A DNA stretch of 45,628 nt from Bacilli bacterium (GCA_024698065.1 JAILRR010000056.1:1-45628), one strand, 5' to 3'. Numbered from the stretch's first letter, positions 15,572 to 24,982 are shown. Notes: generated from the sequence alone by a model not told the origin. A program made the numbers and translations.

Positions 15572-17329
15572 TTATTCGTCGTCGTCTTCAGCATCACCGC
15601 TATTATCGTTAACATAGTTAACAAGATCGGCGGCATAGTCGCGAGTGTCGACGGAGGCTCCGTAAGTCAATCCGGCTTTGCCGCAGACATCATCGATGAG
15701 CTGCTTGGCACGTTTGACGGAAAGTCCACTTCTGACCTTGAAGCAAAGAGGAATGTCTTTGTAGAGGTTCTTGTGGCCAACGTCCTGGACTGGGATTGGA
15801 GAATTCTCGTAATCCTTCGGATCGAGGGCGTAATAGAGCTTAAGTCCTTTTCCGACCATGTTGATACGGAAGTAGGTCTTGGTGTGGAGACGGAATGTGT
15901 CACCACCATTGGCAACACGGCTCTTAAGGCCATAGCCGAAGGCATAGGCTTTGAGGTCGTTATAGTTGTCTTTGACTTCTTTTGTGGCACCAGTCATCTT
16001 CTCAGCGAAGGAGAGACGGATAACAGGCTCTTTAGCTTCTTCCGGTTCTGGCTCAGGCTGTGGCTCTGGCTCTGGTTCCGGTTGAGGCTCTGGCTCTGGT
16101 TCCGTTTGAGGCTCTGGCTCAGGCTCTGGCTCAGGTTGAGGTTCCACTTCTTCAACAACAGCGATGTTCTGAAGGTATTTGGCAAGTTCCTCGGCGATGA
16201 TGGTACGGACCTCGTCGGCGGAGAGGCTTTCTTTTTCCTCTTTTGGAGCGCCGAGCTCTTCGCGGATGATTTCACGGATCTCATCTTTTGTGAGAGAAGT
16301 TCCGTCAGAAGGTTTCACAAGGCCTTCGACCTCTTCTTTGATCATCTTTCTGAGGTCATCGGCAGTCATGACATCGGAATCGCCTTCTTCGGTTTCTTCT
16401 TTTCCGTAATAAGCGGCGATTTCTTCCTGGATGACTTCACGGGCTCTCTCATCACTGAGAGGCTCATTCTCTTCTGGGTGTTCACGCTCATCAAGCTCTT
16501 CGCGGATGATTTCGCGGAGCTCCCTAGCAGTGAGAGGCCTTTCTTCTTCGCACTCACATTCGTGTTCGTGGCAATGGCATTGGCAACCGTCGTTGTTTGG
16601 CATCGGGGCGCCATTGTAGAAATTCTGGATGATTGTCGGGGTAGCGTCGTCTTCGTATTCGTCGAATTCGACCTTTTCTTGATTCTTTTCTTCAATCATT
16701 TTTTCTTCCTCCATTTCTTCCTCTTGTTCAGGAAGTTCTTCATAGGTGTAAGAATCTTCAAGAGGCGCGCTCTCACGTCTCCTTAAAAGAAGCGATGTTG
16801 ATTTGACGATGGCAACAAGACCGAGGATGTAGCCAAGAGCGAGGACAACAACGATGGCAATGGCCAAGATAGCGGCAACGATCTCGCCACCAATAAAGGC
16901 AGGCATGACCATTCCGAAGATATCGTGGAAGTTTTGCTCACCGATAATTCCTTCGAAGATTAAGCCTTTTCCGTTAACAGGAATAACGGAAAGAGCAAAT
17001 AAGATGACAGCCAGTCCACCAGCTAAAAGCCAGATGAGATTTGGAACCAACTGACCAAACTTCTTTTTTGCAATAAGAAGCACAAGGTTGATGATCCATA
17101 AAACGGCAACGATCGCTAAGGCAACAACAATCGTTATGTCAAAGATCGGATTGATAAAAGCAAACGTAGCGCCCAAAACGGTGAAAGTTTCGCCAAGGGC
17201 AGCGACCAAATCTTTGCCTGCTAAAGCAGGTACCATTGAAGGGATCATAAAGCAAATCGCAGCGCCAGCAGCAACGAGGATGAGTGAAAGCACTGCAAAG
17301 ATGAAAATTGAAGCTTTTGATTTTCTCAT
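15572..17329 (-). CDS. Membrane protein with an acidic repeat region, a Cys/His cluster and a conserved-looking C-terminal domain; function unknown
   Basis: 585 aa. The first roughly 190 residues hold about 5 TM segments. Then come an acidic region, CQCHCHEHECECEE, and five copies of the motif L[ST]xDE[IV]RxIIxEEL. A (PEPEPQ)n tract follows, then a C-terminal globular domain of about 150 aa. Confidence 0.75.
   Translation of the reverse strand: MRKSKASIFIFAVLSLILVAAGAAICFMIPSMVPALAGKDLVAALGETFTVLGATFAFINPIFDITIVVALAIVAVLWIINLVLLIAKKKFGQLVPNLIWLLAGGLAVILFALSVIPVNGKGLIFEGIIGEQNFHDIFGMVMPAFIGGEIVAAILAIAIVVVLALGYILGLVAIVKSTSLLLRRRESAPLEDSYTYEELPEQEEEMEEEKMIEEKNQEKVEFDEYEDDATPTIIQNFYNGAPMPNNDGCQCHCHEHECECEEERPLTARELREIIREELDEREHPEENEPLSDERAREVIQEEIAAYYGKEETEEGDSDVMTADDLRKMIKEEVEGLVKPSDGTSLTKDEIREIIREELGAPKEEKESLSADEVRTIIAEELAKYLQNIAVVEEVEPQPEPEPEPEPQTEPEPEPQPEPEPEPQPEPEPEEAKEPVIRLSFAEKMTGATKEVKDNYNDLKAYAFGYGLKSRVANGGDTFRLHTKTYFRINMVGKGLKLYYALDPKDYENSPIPVQDVGHKNLYKDIPLCFKVRSGLSVKRAKQLIDDVCGKAGLTYGASVDTRDYAADLVNYVNDNSGDAEDDDE
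16041..16145. repeat. In-frame tandem GGCTC(T/A)GG(C/T)TC-type repeats encoding (PEPEPEPQ)n
   Basis: Visible imperfect tandem repeats. The 24-nt-scale units GGCTCTGGCTCTGGTTCCGGTTGA, GGCTCTGGCTCTGGTTCCGTTTGA and so on translate on the minus strand to PQPEPEPEPEPQTEPEPEPQPEPEPEPQPEPEPE. Confidence 0.85.
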
Positions 17330-17369
17330 GTAGTTTCCCCTTTGTTTTTATATTAGCGCAAAATGTTAA

Positions 17370-17406
17370 GAAAAAAAGAAAAATACCCATTTTGCAGTGG
17401 GTTTTT
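17370..17406 (-). terminator. Rho-independent terminator after the lipid kinase gene
   Basis: Minus strand hairpin ACCCA-(ctgcaaaa)-TGGGT, followed by ATTTTTCTTTTTTT. Confidence 0.6.
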
Positions 17407-17423
17407 GAATAAAAAACATGTTT

Positions 17424-18296
17424 TTAGTGACTATTTGCATAGATTTTTATGGCTTTTGGACACACTTCGACAACAGCTTCTCCAGCAGGTCCTTTCTCGC
17501 CATCTAGGCACCAAAACTCTGTTTTTGGAACCGTTATTTCGCACTTCTTTATCAATAAAGGTTCGATGTTTTTGAAGGGAACGTAATGCAAAAGGCCATT
17601 GAAAGGCCCTTCTTCTGTGAGGTAGAGTTCAAATTCTCCATCATCATATGAACATTCTTTGTTGATTTTGAATCCAGCCATATGCGTTCCATTTAGGAAC
17701 ATGATGAAAGGCGAAGCCCCTGAGACTTCCTTACTCCCATCAACTTTTGCCGTGTATTTTATGAGTTTTTTCTTAAATGCCTCCCCTACTGCTTTCTCAT
17801 AATATGCGAGTTTTCCAACCCTTCTTTTCTTTCTTCTTTCTACGACATATGGGATATCGCTATACGCACCTATGGAACACGTGTATGCGAAATAATAGGT
17901 CTTTTGATCCTGCGTTAATTTGCCTACGTCGATTTCTTTTATATTCTGGTCAACGATTATCTCTACATCTTTTTTGAAATCGTTCTTTAATCCAAAAGCT
18001 TTACCAACATCACCAACCGTGCCAAAGTTGAGATATCCAACCATCGGCTTATTCTCAAGGCCCATCAAAGAGTTGAGTGCGTTGTTGAAAGTGCCATCTC
18101 CCCCGATGACAATAAGGGAATCGTAGTCATTTCCTTTTTGGATAATGAGCCTTCTCGCTTCCTCTTTCGAAAGAGTACATACAGGATCAAGAGTTTCGAA
18201 AACAGTAGCTAACCTATGTAAAACATAGCTGAGTTTGTTCGCGAAACCTTTTTTATTCGCTCCCGTGTTATGGGAATAGATTAGTAAAGCCTTCAT
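17424..18296 (-). CDS. Diacylglycerol kinase-family lipid kinase (DagK/YegS-like)
   Basis: 290 aa. It carries the DAGK catalytic-domain signature SLIVIGGDGTFNNALNSL and has the typical length. Confidence 0.8.
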   Translation of the reverse strand: MKALLIYSHNTGANKKGFANKLSYVLHRLATVFETLDPVCTLSKEEARRLIIQKGNDYDSLIVIGGDGTFNNALNSLMGLENKPMVGYLNFGTVGDVGKAFGLKNDFKKDVEIIVDQNIKEIDVGKLTQDQKTYYFAYTCSIGAYSDIPYVVERRKKRRVGKLAYYEKAVGEAFKKKLIKYTAKVDGSKEVSGASPFIMFLNGTHMAGFKINKECSYDDGEFELYLTEEGPFNGLLHYVPFKNIEPLLIKKCEITVPKTEFWCLDGEKGPAGEAVVEVCPKAIKIYANSH

Positions 18297-18337
18297 TACA
18301 AAAACTATAGCATAACCTGCTTCTTTTTGAATTGAGA

Positions 18338-18366
18338 CAAAAGAAAAGGACCCAATTGGGGTCCTT
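18338..18366 (-). terminator. Rho-independent terminator
   Basis: Minus strand hairpin GGACCC-(caatt)-GGGTCC, followed by TTTTCTTTT. Confidence 0.7.
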
Positions 18367-18380
18367 AACTGTTTGATTCT

Positions 18381-20060
18381 CTATTTGAGAGCGAAGATGA
18401 GAGGATAGATGGTCTGATTGCCCTGAATCTCAATCATCTCAAGACTTGGGAAGTCTTTCTTCACAAGGTTTTGGAGATCCTCTTTCATCTTATCGTTGGC
18501 ATCCTGGCCATAGAAGATGGTGAAGACGGATTTCTCTTCGATCTCTGGAACTTTATTGAGGAGTTCTTTGATGGTTTCCATCATATCAGGCGAAGATGAG
18601 ACGATATTGTGTTTGAGGATGCCCATGTAGTCACCCTTCTTGATCTCAATGCCGTTATTAAGGGAATCACGGACAGCTGGAGAGATTTCAGCAGAGATAA
18701 CACCCTCCATCGATTCGATCATACTGTCGATGCACTCTTGGACATCTTGACCATCGAAGCAAGCCATCGAAAGAGCGCTATAAGCTTCCACCACACTCTT
18801 AGAGTGAAGAACATGGACTCTGCTCTTGTCGTAAAGCTTTCCGGCTTGTTCAGCGGTAAGGATGATATTGCTGTTATTTGGGAAGACGATGATGTCGTCG
18901 GCGTTAGCGGCATCGAAGGCTTTGATGAAGTCGTCGGCGCTTGGGTTCATGGTCTGTCCGCCAGAGACAATCTGGTTGGCACCCATGTTGAGGAAGAGCT
19001 CGGTGATGCTGCTAGATGGGGAAACGGCAACGATTTGGACTGGTTGACGCTTCACGTTTGGCACGATGTGCTCAGTTGGCTTTTCTTCTTCGATTGGCAT
19101 CTCTTTGAGAAGCTTTTCGTTATGCTGAATGGACATGTTCTCCATCTTGAAGGTGACGAATTCGCCAAACTTCTGAGCGTATTGGATGGCTTTCCATGGC
19201 TCTTTGGTGTGAACGTGGACTTTGACGATGCTCTTTTGTTTTAGGGCAACGATGGAATCGCCAATGCCTTCCAAGAAATGGATCATCTCTTTGAGATCGA
19301 AGGCCTTTGGGTCACATTTTGAGACGAGAAGCTGAAGAATGAATTCGGTGCAATAGCCATAATCGAGGACGGAATTCTCATCGAATGGGATTTTCTCATC
19401 GGTAGCTACACCGTTGGTTGGGCCATTGAATTCAGCATCAGCGACTTCTTCGCCGACAACGTATTTGCCCATGCCTTCCATGATGTAGACAAGCCCAGCT
19501 CCACCGCTATCGATGACGCCAGCCTCTTTGAGGACTGGAAGAAGGTCTGGGGTTCTATCAAGAGAAAGTCTCATCTCACGGAGAAGGTTTTCGAATAAGG
19601 TCTCGAAATCTTTGATGTGAGAAAGGTTGTCCATGATATAGACGGTCGATTCACGGGCTACGGTAAGGACAGTGCCTTCGACTGGGTGAACGACGGCTTC
19701 ATAGGCTTTTGAGGTTCCGCTTCTAAGAGCGCTAGCAAACTGTGTGACGTTGGCGGTTTCAAGGCTGCTAAGTGCTTCTGAAATGCCTTGGAAGAACTGG
19801 CTGATGATGACGCCAGAGTTTCCACGGGCACCTAAAAGCATGCCGCCAGCAAGTTTTTCGGCCACATCTCCGATGGAATCAAAGTTGGCGTCTTTCATGG
19901 CGTTGACGCCACCTGTGAGGGTGGCAGCGATGTTGGTTCCGGTGTCACCATCTGGGACGGGGAACACGTTGAGGTCATTGATTTTCTCGTAATGATTCTT
20001 GAGGTCACGATAACCATTAAGAACCATCTCCGAGAAGATTTTTCCGGTAATAGTCTTCAT
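18381..20060 (-). CDS. fakA: DAK2-domain protein, FakA/YloV-like (candidate fatty acid kinase ATP-binding subunit)
   Basis: 559 aa. The N-terminal Dak2 motif is FPVPDGDTGTNIAATL. Length and three-part architecture match YloV/FakA. It lies directly downstream of a DegV (FakB-type) gene. No Shine-Dalgarno sequence is visible upstream. Confidence 0.75.
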   Translation of the reverse strand: MKTITGKIFSEMVLNGYRDLKNHYEKINDLNVFPVPDGDTGTNIAATLTGGVNAMKDANFDSIGDVAEKLAGGMLLGARGNSGVIISQFFQGISEALSSLETANVTQFASALRSGTSKAYEAVVHPVEGTVLTVARESTVYIMDNLSHIKDFETLFENLLREMRLSLDRTPDLLPVLKEAGVIDSGGAGLVYIMEGMGKYVVGEEVADAEFNGPTNGVATDEKIPFDENSVLDYGYCTEFILQLLVSKCDPKAFDLKEMIHFLEGIGDSIVALKQKSIVKVHVHTKEPWKAIQYAQKFGEFVTFKMENMSIQHNEKLLKEMPIEEEKPTEHIVPNVKRQPVQIVAVSPSSSITELFLNMGANQIVSGGQTMNPSADDFIKAFDAANADDIIVFPNNSNIILTAEQAGKLYDKSRVHVLHSKSVVEAYSALSMACFDGQDVQECIDSMIESMEGVISAEISPAVRDSLNNGIEIKKGDYMGILKHNIVSSSPDMMETIKELLNKVPEIEEKSVFTIFYGQDANDKMKEDLQNLVKKDFPSLEMIEIQGNQTIYPLIFALK

Positions 20061-20112
20061 AGGATAAGAGAGAGGTTAGTTTTAGTTTTAGTTAGAGAGT
20101 AATTAATAGATA

Positions 20113-21006
20113 TTAGTCAGCATTGACGGTGACTTCTTTGCCATAGAAATAGGCAGCGATGGTACCAGGACCGGTGGATCCACCAACGATTGGTCCAATC
20201 ATGCCAATGTAGATTTCTTTTGGTTTGGCGAGTTTAAGAATCTCTTGTTTGAGCATCTCAGCGCCATCAGGATCAACGATGTGACCGATGTAGATGGTGC
20301 TGTTCTCAATATCTTCGCAGCTCTCGACGGTCATCTTGGCGACTTCCTTAATGGATGGAAGGCGGCCTTTGACTTTCTTAATGGCGAAGTTATGGCCCTT
20401 AGCATCGCTGATAAGGATAGGTTTGACACCAAAGAGGTTTCCAAAGAAAGCGGCAGCCGCAGTAACACGACCAGCGGCTTTGAGATATCTAAGGGTTTCG
20501 CAAGAGGCAATCTGGTTGAATTTGAGACGTTCTTTTTCAAGCCAGGCAGCAATCTCATCAACGTTTTTTCCAGCGTTAGCAAGTTCTCTGGCTTTGATGG
20601 CCATAAGACCCTGGGCATAACCAGAAACTAAAGAGTCAACGCAAACGACTTTGCAGCCCTCGTATTTTGGGTTAAGTCTATCTGCAACTTGGTGGGCAAC
20701 ATTGATCGAAGCGCTAAGACCGCTGGAGCAGGAAATATATAAGACATCGCGGCCTTGCTCCAAATATTTGGTAAACTGTGTTTCATATTCCTGAACGGTA
20801 ACGGCGGAAGTATAGATTCTTCTGCCTTCTGTTAAGACTTTATAAAGCTCTTCTGGCTGAACGCCGGCATCCCAATCAAGGGAAGCAGGAATCTCTTTTC
20901 CGTCATAGCTGATGTGCATGGCGCAGTAGCCATCGATTCCATGTTTTTCACGAAGCTCGGCATTAAGGTCGCCGGTTGAATCGATGAGGATAGCAATCTT
21001 GTTCAT
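20113..21006 (-). CDS. DegV-family fatty-acid-binding protein (FakB-like)
   Basis: 297 aa. The N-terminal IAILIDSTGDL and the overall length are typical of the DegV family. RBS GGAGG lies upstream. Confidence 0.85.
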   Translation of the reverse strand: MNKIAILIDSTGDLNAELREKHGIDGYCAMHISYDGKEIPASLDWDAGVQPEELYKVLTEGRRIYTSAVTVQEYETQFTKYLEQGRDVLYISCSSGLSASINVAHQVADRLNPKYEGCKVVCVDSLVSGYAQGLMAIKARELANAGKNVDEIAAWLEKERLKFNQIASCETLRYLKAAGRVTAAAAFFGNLFGVKPILISDAKGHNFAIKKVKGRLPSIKEVAKMTVESCEDIENSTIYIGHIVDPDGAEMLKQEILKLAKPKEIYIGMIGPIVGGSTGPGTIAAYFYGKEVTVNAD

Positions 21007-21378
21007 TAATAAACCTCCAATAAGTTCACTAGAATATTATCGTCTAAAGAAAAATAAAACAAACTTCAGAAAAGAATCTTTTCTTCAATAAAAGAGGCAC
21101 TTTCTAACCTTTCCACATAATCTTAAAAAACCATTGATGAAATAATCGTGGTTTTGCGCATACTTTTTTGCAATTTGTCGGTAATTTTCATTTACAAAAA
21201 AATACGGATTATTTATCTTAAATAAGGAGAAAAACATCAAAATTTTCTTTACAAGTTCTAGAGGGATCAAGAATTTGCAAAAAAGGAAAAATTTAACTTT
21301 CTTTAGTTATACTCGTTAAATTTCCACCTTTATTTCTTATACTTGATTATTTTCTAGTGAGAACTGAGGAGGTGTTTA

Positions 21379-22758
21379 ATGTTTAAAGAACGTCAAAATG
21401 AGATAGGCCGTATAAAGGGTTTTTTGAGCCGTGCTGGCTATGGGTCTTTACTCGTGTACGGAGAAAAGAACGTTGGCAAAAGCTCCCTGGTCCACATAGC
21501 GAGCAGAGGGACTTTGTCCGCGAAGATCTTCCTCCATATCGAAAACGAGAATAAAGACTCCGTCATTAACCACATCCGGGCTAAGTGCATCGAAGCATTT
21601 CCCAATGTGGAACTGCCTGCTTCGAACGACATTTCTCAGCTCATTAAATTTATCTACGAAAATTCCGTCAATCAAAAAATAGTTTTGGTTATCGACGACC
21701 TAGCGAAACTCCTGTCAACCAGCCTCGAAATTAAAGCTTTTTTCTTAAGCTTCAAGGACCGCTTTTCCAAATATGGCAACATCAAGTTTATAGGTGTGAC
21801 CTCAACACAGGGTTATAACGCAAACAAAGAGTTCTTTGATGACTTCTTCAGTGAGGCGATTGAACTTCACCCATTCACATATCTAGCCGCTTCTTCTTTC
21901 TACCCCACCGCTTTGCTTGACGATAAGCTTTCCTATTTTGCTGTTTTCGGTGGGCTTCCCCTTTATAACGTTATGCTTCAGCCCCAAAAAGGTTTTGCGA
22001 AGAACTTAAAAGACCTTCTCCTTTATAAAGATTCACCTTTGAGAATGAAGATTGAGGCGGATCTTCGTGGCTCATTCACCAGAAAATACGAAGCAGATAC
22101 CCTTTTGACGATTTTAGCGAGTCACCGCTTCCCTCACTATGGTGAACTCAAGGATAGTTTCAAGATGAAATCCCCTACCGGCGATTTCGATTACATCCTA
22201 AACAAGCTCATCGAAATGGACATCATCAGAAAGAAATCGCCTATTCACTTTGAGTCGGACAAGAAAAAACACTACTACGAATTCAGCGATCCTCTTTATG
22301 ACTTCTTCTATTCCCACGTCTACGAGAACACGATGTCGGATATTTTATCTGAGGAAATCGACCGTACTTACGAGAGTGTTATCAAAAAAGAATTCGAAAG
22401 AAATTTCTTGCCAAGAAGAATCTATGACATGTCGATTCAGTTCTTAGAAAAAGAGGCTTCTAGAGGCAAATTCAGGGAGGAAGTCATGAACATCGCCCCA
22501 TATTTCCCAGACCCAAGAACCTTGGAAAACGATGGAACCATCATAGTAGAAACCCTTTCTGGCAATTTCTATGTCATGATCAATCCAACGAGAACTGTCT
22601 TTGAAAACAAAACAGTAGACGCTTTTGCGCATAGCCTTTATGAAAAGCAAAGACCTTATAAAAATCTGGTACTTATCTCAAGAGGTATGTTCGCACCTAA
22701 CGTAAATCGCATAAAATACATAACATATCGAATGGCATCGCTCTATTCGAAAATCTAA
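21379..22758 (+). CDS. AAA ATPase of the Arch_ATPase type with a C-terminal DUF234-like region
   Basis: 459 aa with RBS GAGGAGG. N-terminal FKERQNEIGRIKGFL; Walker A GEKNVGKSSL; Walker B VLVIDDLAKL. The mid-region HYYEFSDPLYDFFYSHVY resembles the conserved 'Y.l.Dpf..FWfrf' block of this family. Confidence 0.7.
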   Translation: MFKERQNEIGRIKGFLSRAGYGSLLVYGEKNVGKSSLVHIASRGTLSAKIFLHIENENKDSVINHIRAKCIEAFPNVELPASNDISQLIKFIYENSVNQKIVLVIDDLAKLLSTSLEIKAFFLSFKDRFSKYGNIKFIGVTSTQGYNANKEFFDDFFSEAIELHPFTYLAASSFYPTALLDDKLSYFAVFGGLPLYNVMLQPQKGFAKNLKDLLLYKDSPLRMKIEADLRGSFTRKYEADTLLTILASHRFPHYGELKDSFKMKSPTGDFDYILNKLIEMDIIRKKSPIHFESDKKKHYYEFSDPLYDFFYSHVYENTMSDILSEEIDRTYESVIKKEFERNFLPRRIYDMSIQFLEKEASRGKFREEVMNIAPYFPDPRTLENDGTIIVETLSGNFYVMINPTRTVFENKTVDAFAHSLYEKQRPYKNLVLISRGMFAPNVNRIKYITYRMASLYSKI

Positions 22759-22767
22759 GGAGTAAAC

Positions 22768-23289
22768 ATGAACGTAGCAGTATTCTTAGGTGCCCAAACA
22801 CCTGCAAACCAATCATACATCGACCAAGTTGTCGAAGTCGCAAAAGTCATTGGAAAGAAAGGCCACACGCTTGTTTTTGGCGGTTCCGGAAGCGGAACGA
22901 TGGCCGTTCTCGCCAAAGCCGCTAATGAGGCTGGCGTCAGAATCATCGGCGTTGTCCCAGAAATCTTCAGAAACGTCGTCGACAAGAATAACGACGTCAT
23001 TGAATTTGTCCCAAATATGGGCATCAGAAAAGAAAGAATGGCAGCCTTAGGCGATGTTTACGTCATCCTTCCTGGTGGATTTGGCACCCTTGAGGAAATG
23101 GCCGATGTCATCAGCTGGAAGAGAATGGGCATTGTCACGCCTAAGACCATCGTCGTTAATTACAAAGGCTTCTATGAGCCGACAAGAGAACAAATCAACA
23201 GAATGATCCAAGAAGGCTATATCAAGGAAACCGTTTGGGAAGATATCACCTTCATCGATGACGCAAAAGAGCTTGATGATCTTCTCTAA
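22768..23289 (+). CDS. LOG-family (TIGR00730-type) nucleotide phosphoribohydrolase / nucleosidase
   Basis: 173 aa. It has a Rossmann-type N-terminus VFLGA...GHTLVFGGSGSGTM and the LOG signature PGGFGTLEEM. RBS AAGGAG overlaps the upstream stop, with a 9-nt intergenic gap. Confidence 0.85.
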   Translation: MNVAVFLGAQTPANQSYIDQVVEVAKVIGKKGHTLVFGGSGSGTMAVLAKAANEAGVRIIGVVPEIFRNVVDKNNDVIEFVPNMGIRKERMAALGDVYVILPGGFGTLEEMADVISWKRMGIVTPKTIVVNYKGFYEPTREQINRMIQEGYIKETVWEDITFIDDAKELDDLL

Positions 23290-23413
23290 AAAGCATCTTT
23301 CTTCCTGTCCTCTGCCTTTGTAAAGGCATACAATGTTTTAAGTTGCGAAAACTATTCTTGAATTAGAGAGCTCCATGGCTATTATTGCCTTTGAGCATAG
23401 AAGGATCTTCATC

Positions 23414-24982
23414 ATGGATAATAAGAATGTATTAATCATCGGCGCGGGCCCAGCCGGACTCACTGCCGCCTATGAGCTTCTAAAAAGAAGCGATATCAAA
23501 CCGATCATCCTCGAAACCGAGAAATTCGTCGGAGGCATTTCACGCACCGCCGAATACAAAGGCAATCACATCGATATCGGCGGACACCGTTTCTTCACGA
23601 AAGACGAAAGAGTCAATAGCCTTTGGGATGAGCTCATGCCAACCCAGGGCCAGCCAAGTTACGACGACAAAATCCTTGGCACAAACAAGCAATTCGTCGA
23701 AGGCGGACCAGACCCAGAGAAAGAAGACAACGTCATGCTTCTCCGTCACCGCGTCTCCCGTATCTATTTCTTAAGAAAATTCTTCGATTACCCAATCTCC
23801 CTTAAATTCTCGACCATCAAGAACATGGGTTTCTTCCGCACGATGAAATGCGGATTCGGTTATCTCGGTTCATGTCTTCACAAGAAGGAAGAGACCTCCC
23901 TTGAGAATTTCTACATTAACCGTTTCGGCAAACCTCTCTATCAGCTCTTCTTTGAGTCATACACCACGAAGCTTTGGGGTGTTTCTCCAAAGATGCTCAG
24001 CGCTTCTTGGGGTGCTCAGCGTGTCAAAGGCCTTTCTCTTACGAAAGCCGTTTGGTCTGCCTTGACAAAGCCTTTCAAGAAGAAAAACAAAGAAGTCGAG
24101 ACCTCTCTTATCGAACAGTTCAAATATCCAAAGTTCGGTCCAGGTCAGTTCTACACCAAACTCGCTAGCGAAGTTGTCGCCAAGGGTGGAAAGATCCTCT
24201 ACGAAAAGGAAGTCGTGAGAATCAACCTCGATGAAAACAACAACATCACCTCTTTGGTCGCAAAAGATGGGAAAGCCTTCAGATGCGATGCCGTCTTCTC
24301 AACCATGCCAATCAAGGACCTCATCGCCGCTATCGGCGAAGATAAGATGAGCAAGGAGGTATACAAAACCGGAACAAACCTCCCATACCGCGACTTCATC
24401 ACCGTCGGTCTTCTTCTTGACAAACTCAAAATCGAGAACAAAACCAAGATCAAAACCCTCAACAACATCGTCCCAGACAACTGGATTTATGTTCAGGAAA
24501 GGGATGTCAAACTTGGCCGTATCCAAATCTTCAATAACTGGTCCCCATACATGGTCGATGACCCAGAGAAGCATATCTGGATTGGCTTAGAATACTTCTG
24601 CTCCGAAGGCGACGAGATGTGGGAAGCTTCCGACAAGGACTTCATCGACATGGCCGTCAAAGAGCTCATCTCAATGGGCGTTATCGAAAGCGAGAAGAAC
24701 GTTCTCGATGCAACCCGCATCCGCGTCAAGAAAGCCTATCCTGCTTACTTCGGCGCCTACGATCACTTCGACATCGTTGAGAAATACCTCAATAGCATTC
24801 CTAATCTTTACTGCATCGGCAGAAACGGCCAACACCGTTACAACAACATGGACCACTCGATGCTTTGTGGCATCACCGCGGTCGACGTCTTCCTTTCGGG
24901 AAATCCTGACAAATCTTCCATCTGGAGCGTCAACACCGAAAAGTCCTACCACGAGGAAGATAGCAAAAAAGAAGAGAAATAA
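23414..24982 (+). CDS. FAD-dependent oxidoreductase (amine-oxidase / UDP-galactopyranose-mutase-like fold)
   Basis: Dinucleotide-binding motif [17 protein letters not shown]...E....GG at the N-terminus. I prefer the ATG at 23414 because the motif then sits at the N-terminus; the track start at 23375 is also possible. Confidence 0.75.
   Translation: MDNKNVLIIGAGPAGLTAAYELLKRSDIKPIILETEKFVGGISRTAEYKGNHIDIGGHRFFTKDERVNSLWDELMPTQGQPSYDDKILGTNKQFVEGGPDPEKEDNVMLLRHRVSRIYFLRKFFDYPISLKFSTIKNMGFFRTMKCGFGYLGSCLHKKEETSLENFYINRFGKPLYQLFFESYTTKLWGVSPKMLSASWGAQRVKGLSLTKAVWSALTKPFKKKNKEVETSLIEQFKYPKFGPGQFYTKLASEVVAKGGKILYEKEVVRINLDENNNITSLVAKDGKAFRCDAVFSTMPIKDLIAAIGEDKMSKEVYKTGTNLPYRDFITVGLLLDKLKIENKTKIKTLNNIVPDNWIYVQERDVKLGRIQIFNNWSPYMVDDPEKHIWIGLEYFCSEGDEMWEASDKDFIDMAVKELISMGVIESEKNVLDATRIRVKKAYPAYFGAYDHFDIVEKYLNSIPNLYCIGRNGQHRYNNMDHSMLCGITAVDVFLSGNPDKSSIWSVNTEKSYHEEDSKKEEK

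Noticed and set aside
16041-16145. Possibility that the tandem repeats are a CRISPR array or another non-coding repeat.
   Set aside because: The units are contiguous with no spacers, are in frame, and sit inside a long ORF where they encode a Pro/Glu spacer.
15773-16786. 337-aa plus-strand ORF, together with several 60-110-aa ORFs in the same region.
   Set aside because: It lies antisense to the 585-aa membrane protein. It stays open only because of the low-complexity GAA/GAG/CCA repeats; the product is a WLRLWL-type repeat with no start context.
18609-19244. 211-aa plus-strand ORF.
   Set aside because: It is antisense to the well-supported DAK2/FakA-like gene. It has no RBS and an implausible composition.
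21085-21270. 61-aa minus-strand ORF in the AT-rich gap upstream of the ATPase gene.
   Set aside because: AT-rich sequence gives chance ORFs. It has no RBS and a composition typical of non-coding AT-rich DNA. The region is more likely a divergent promoter zone.
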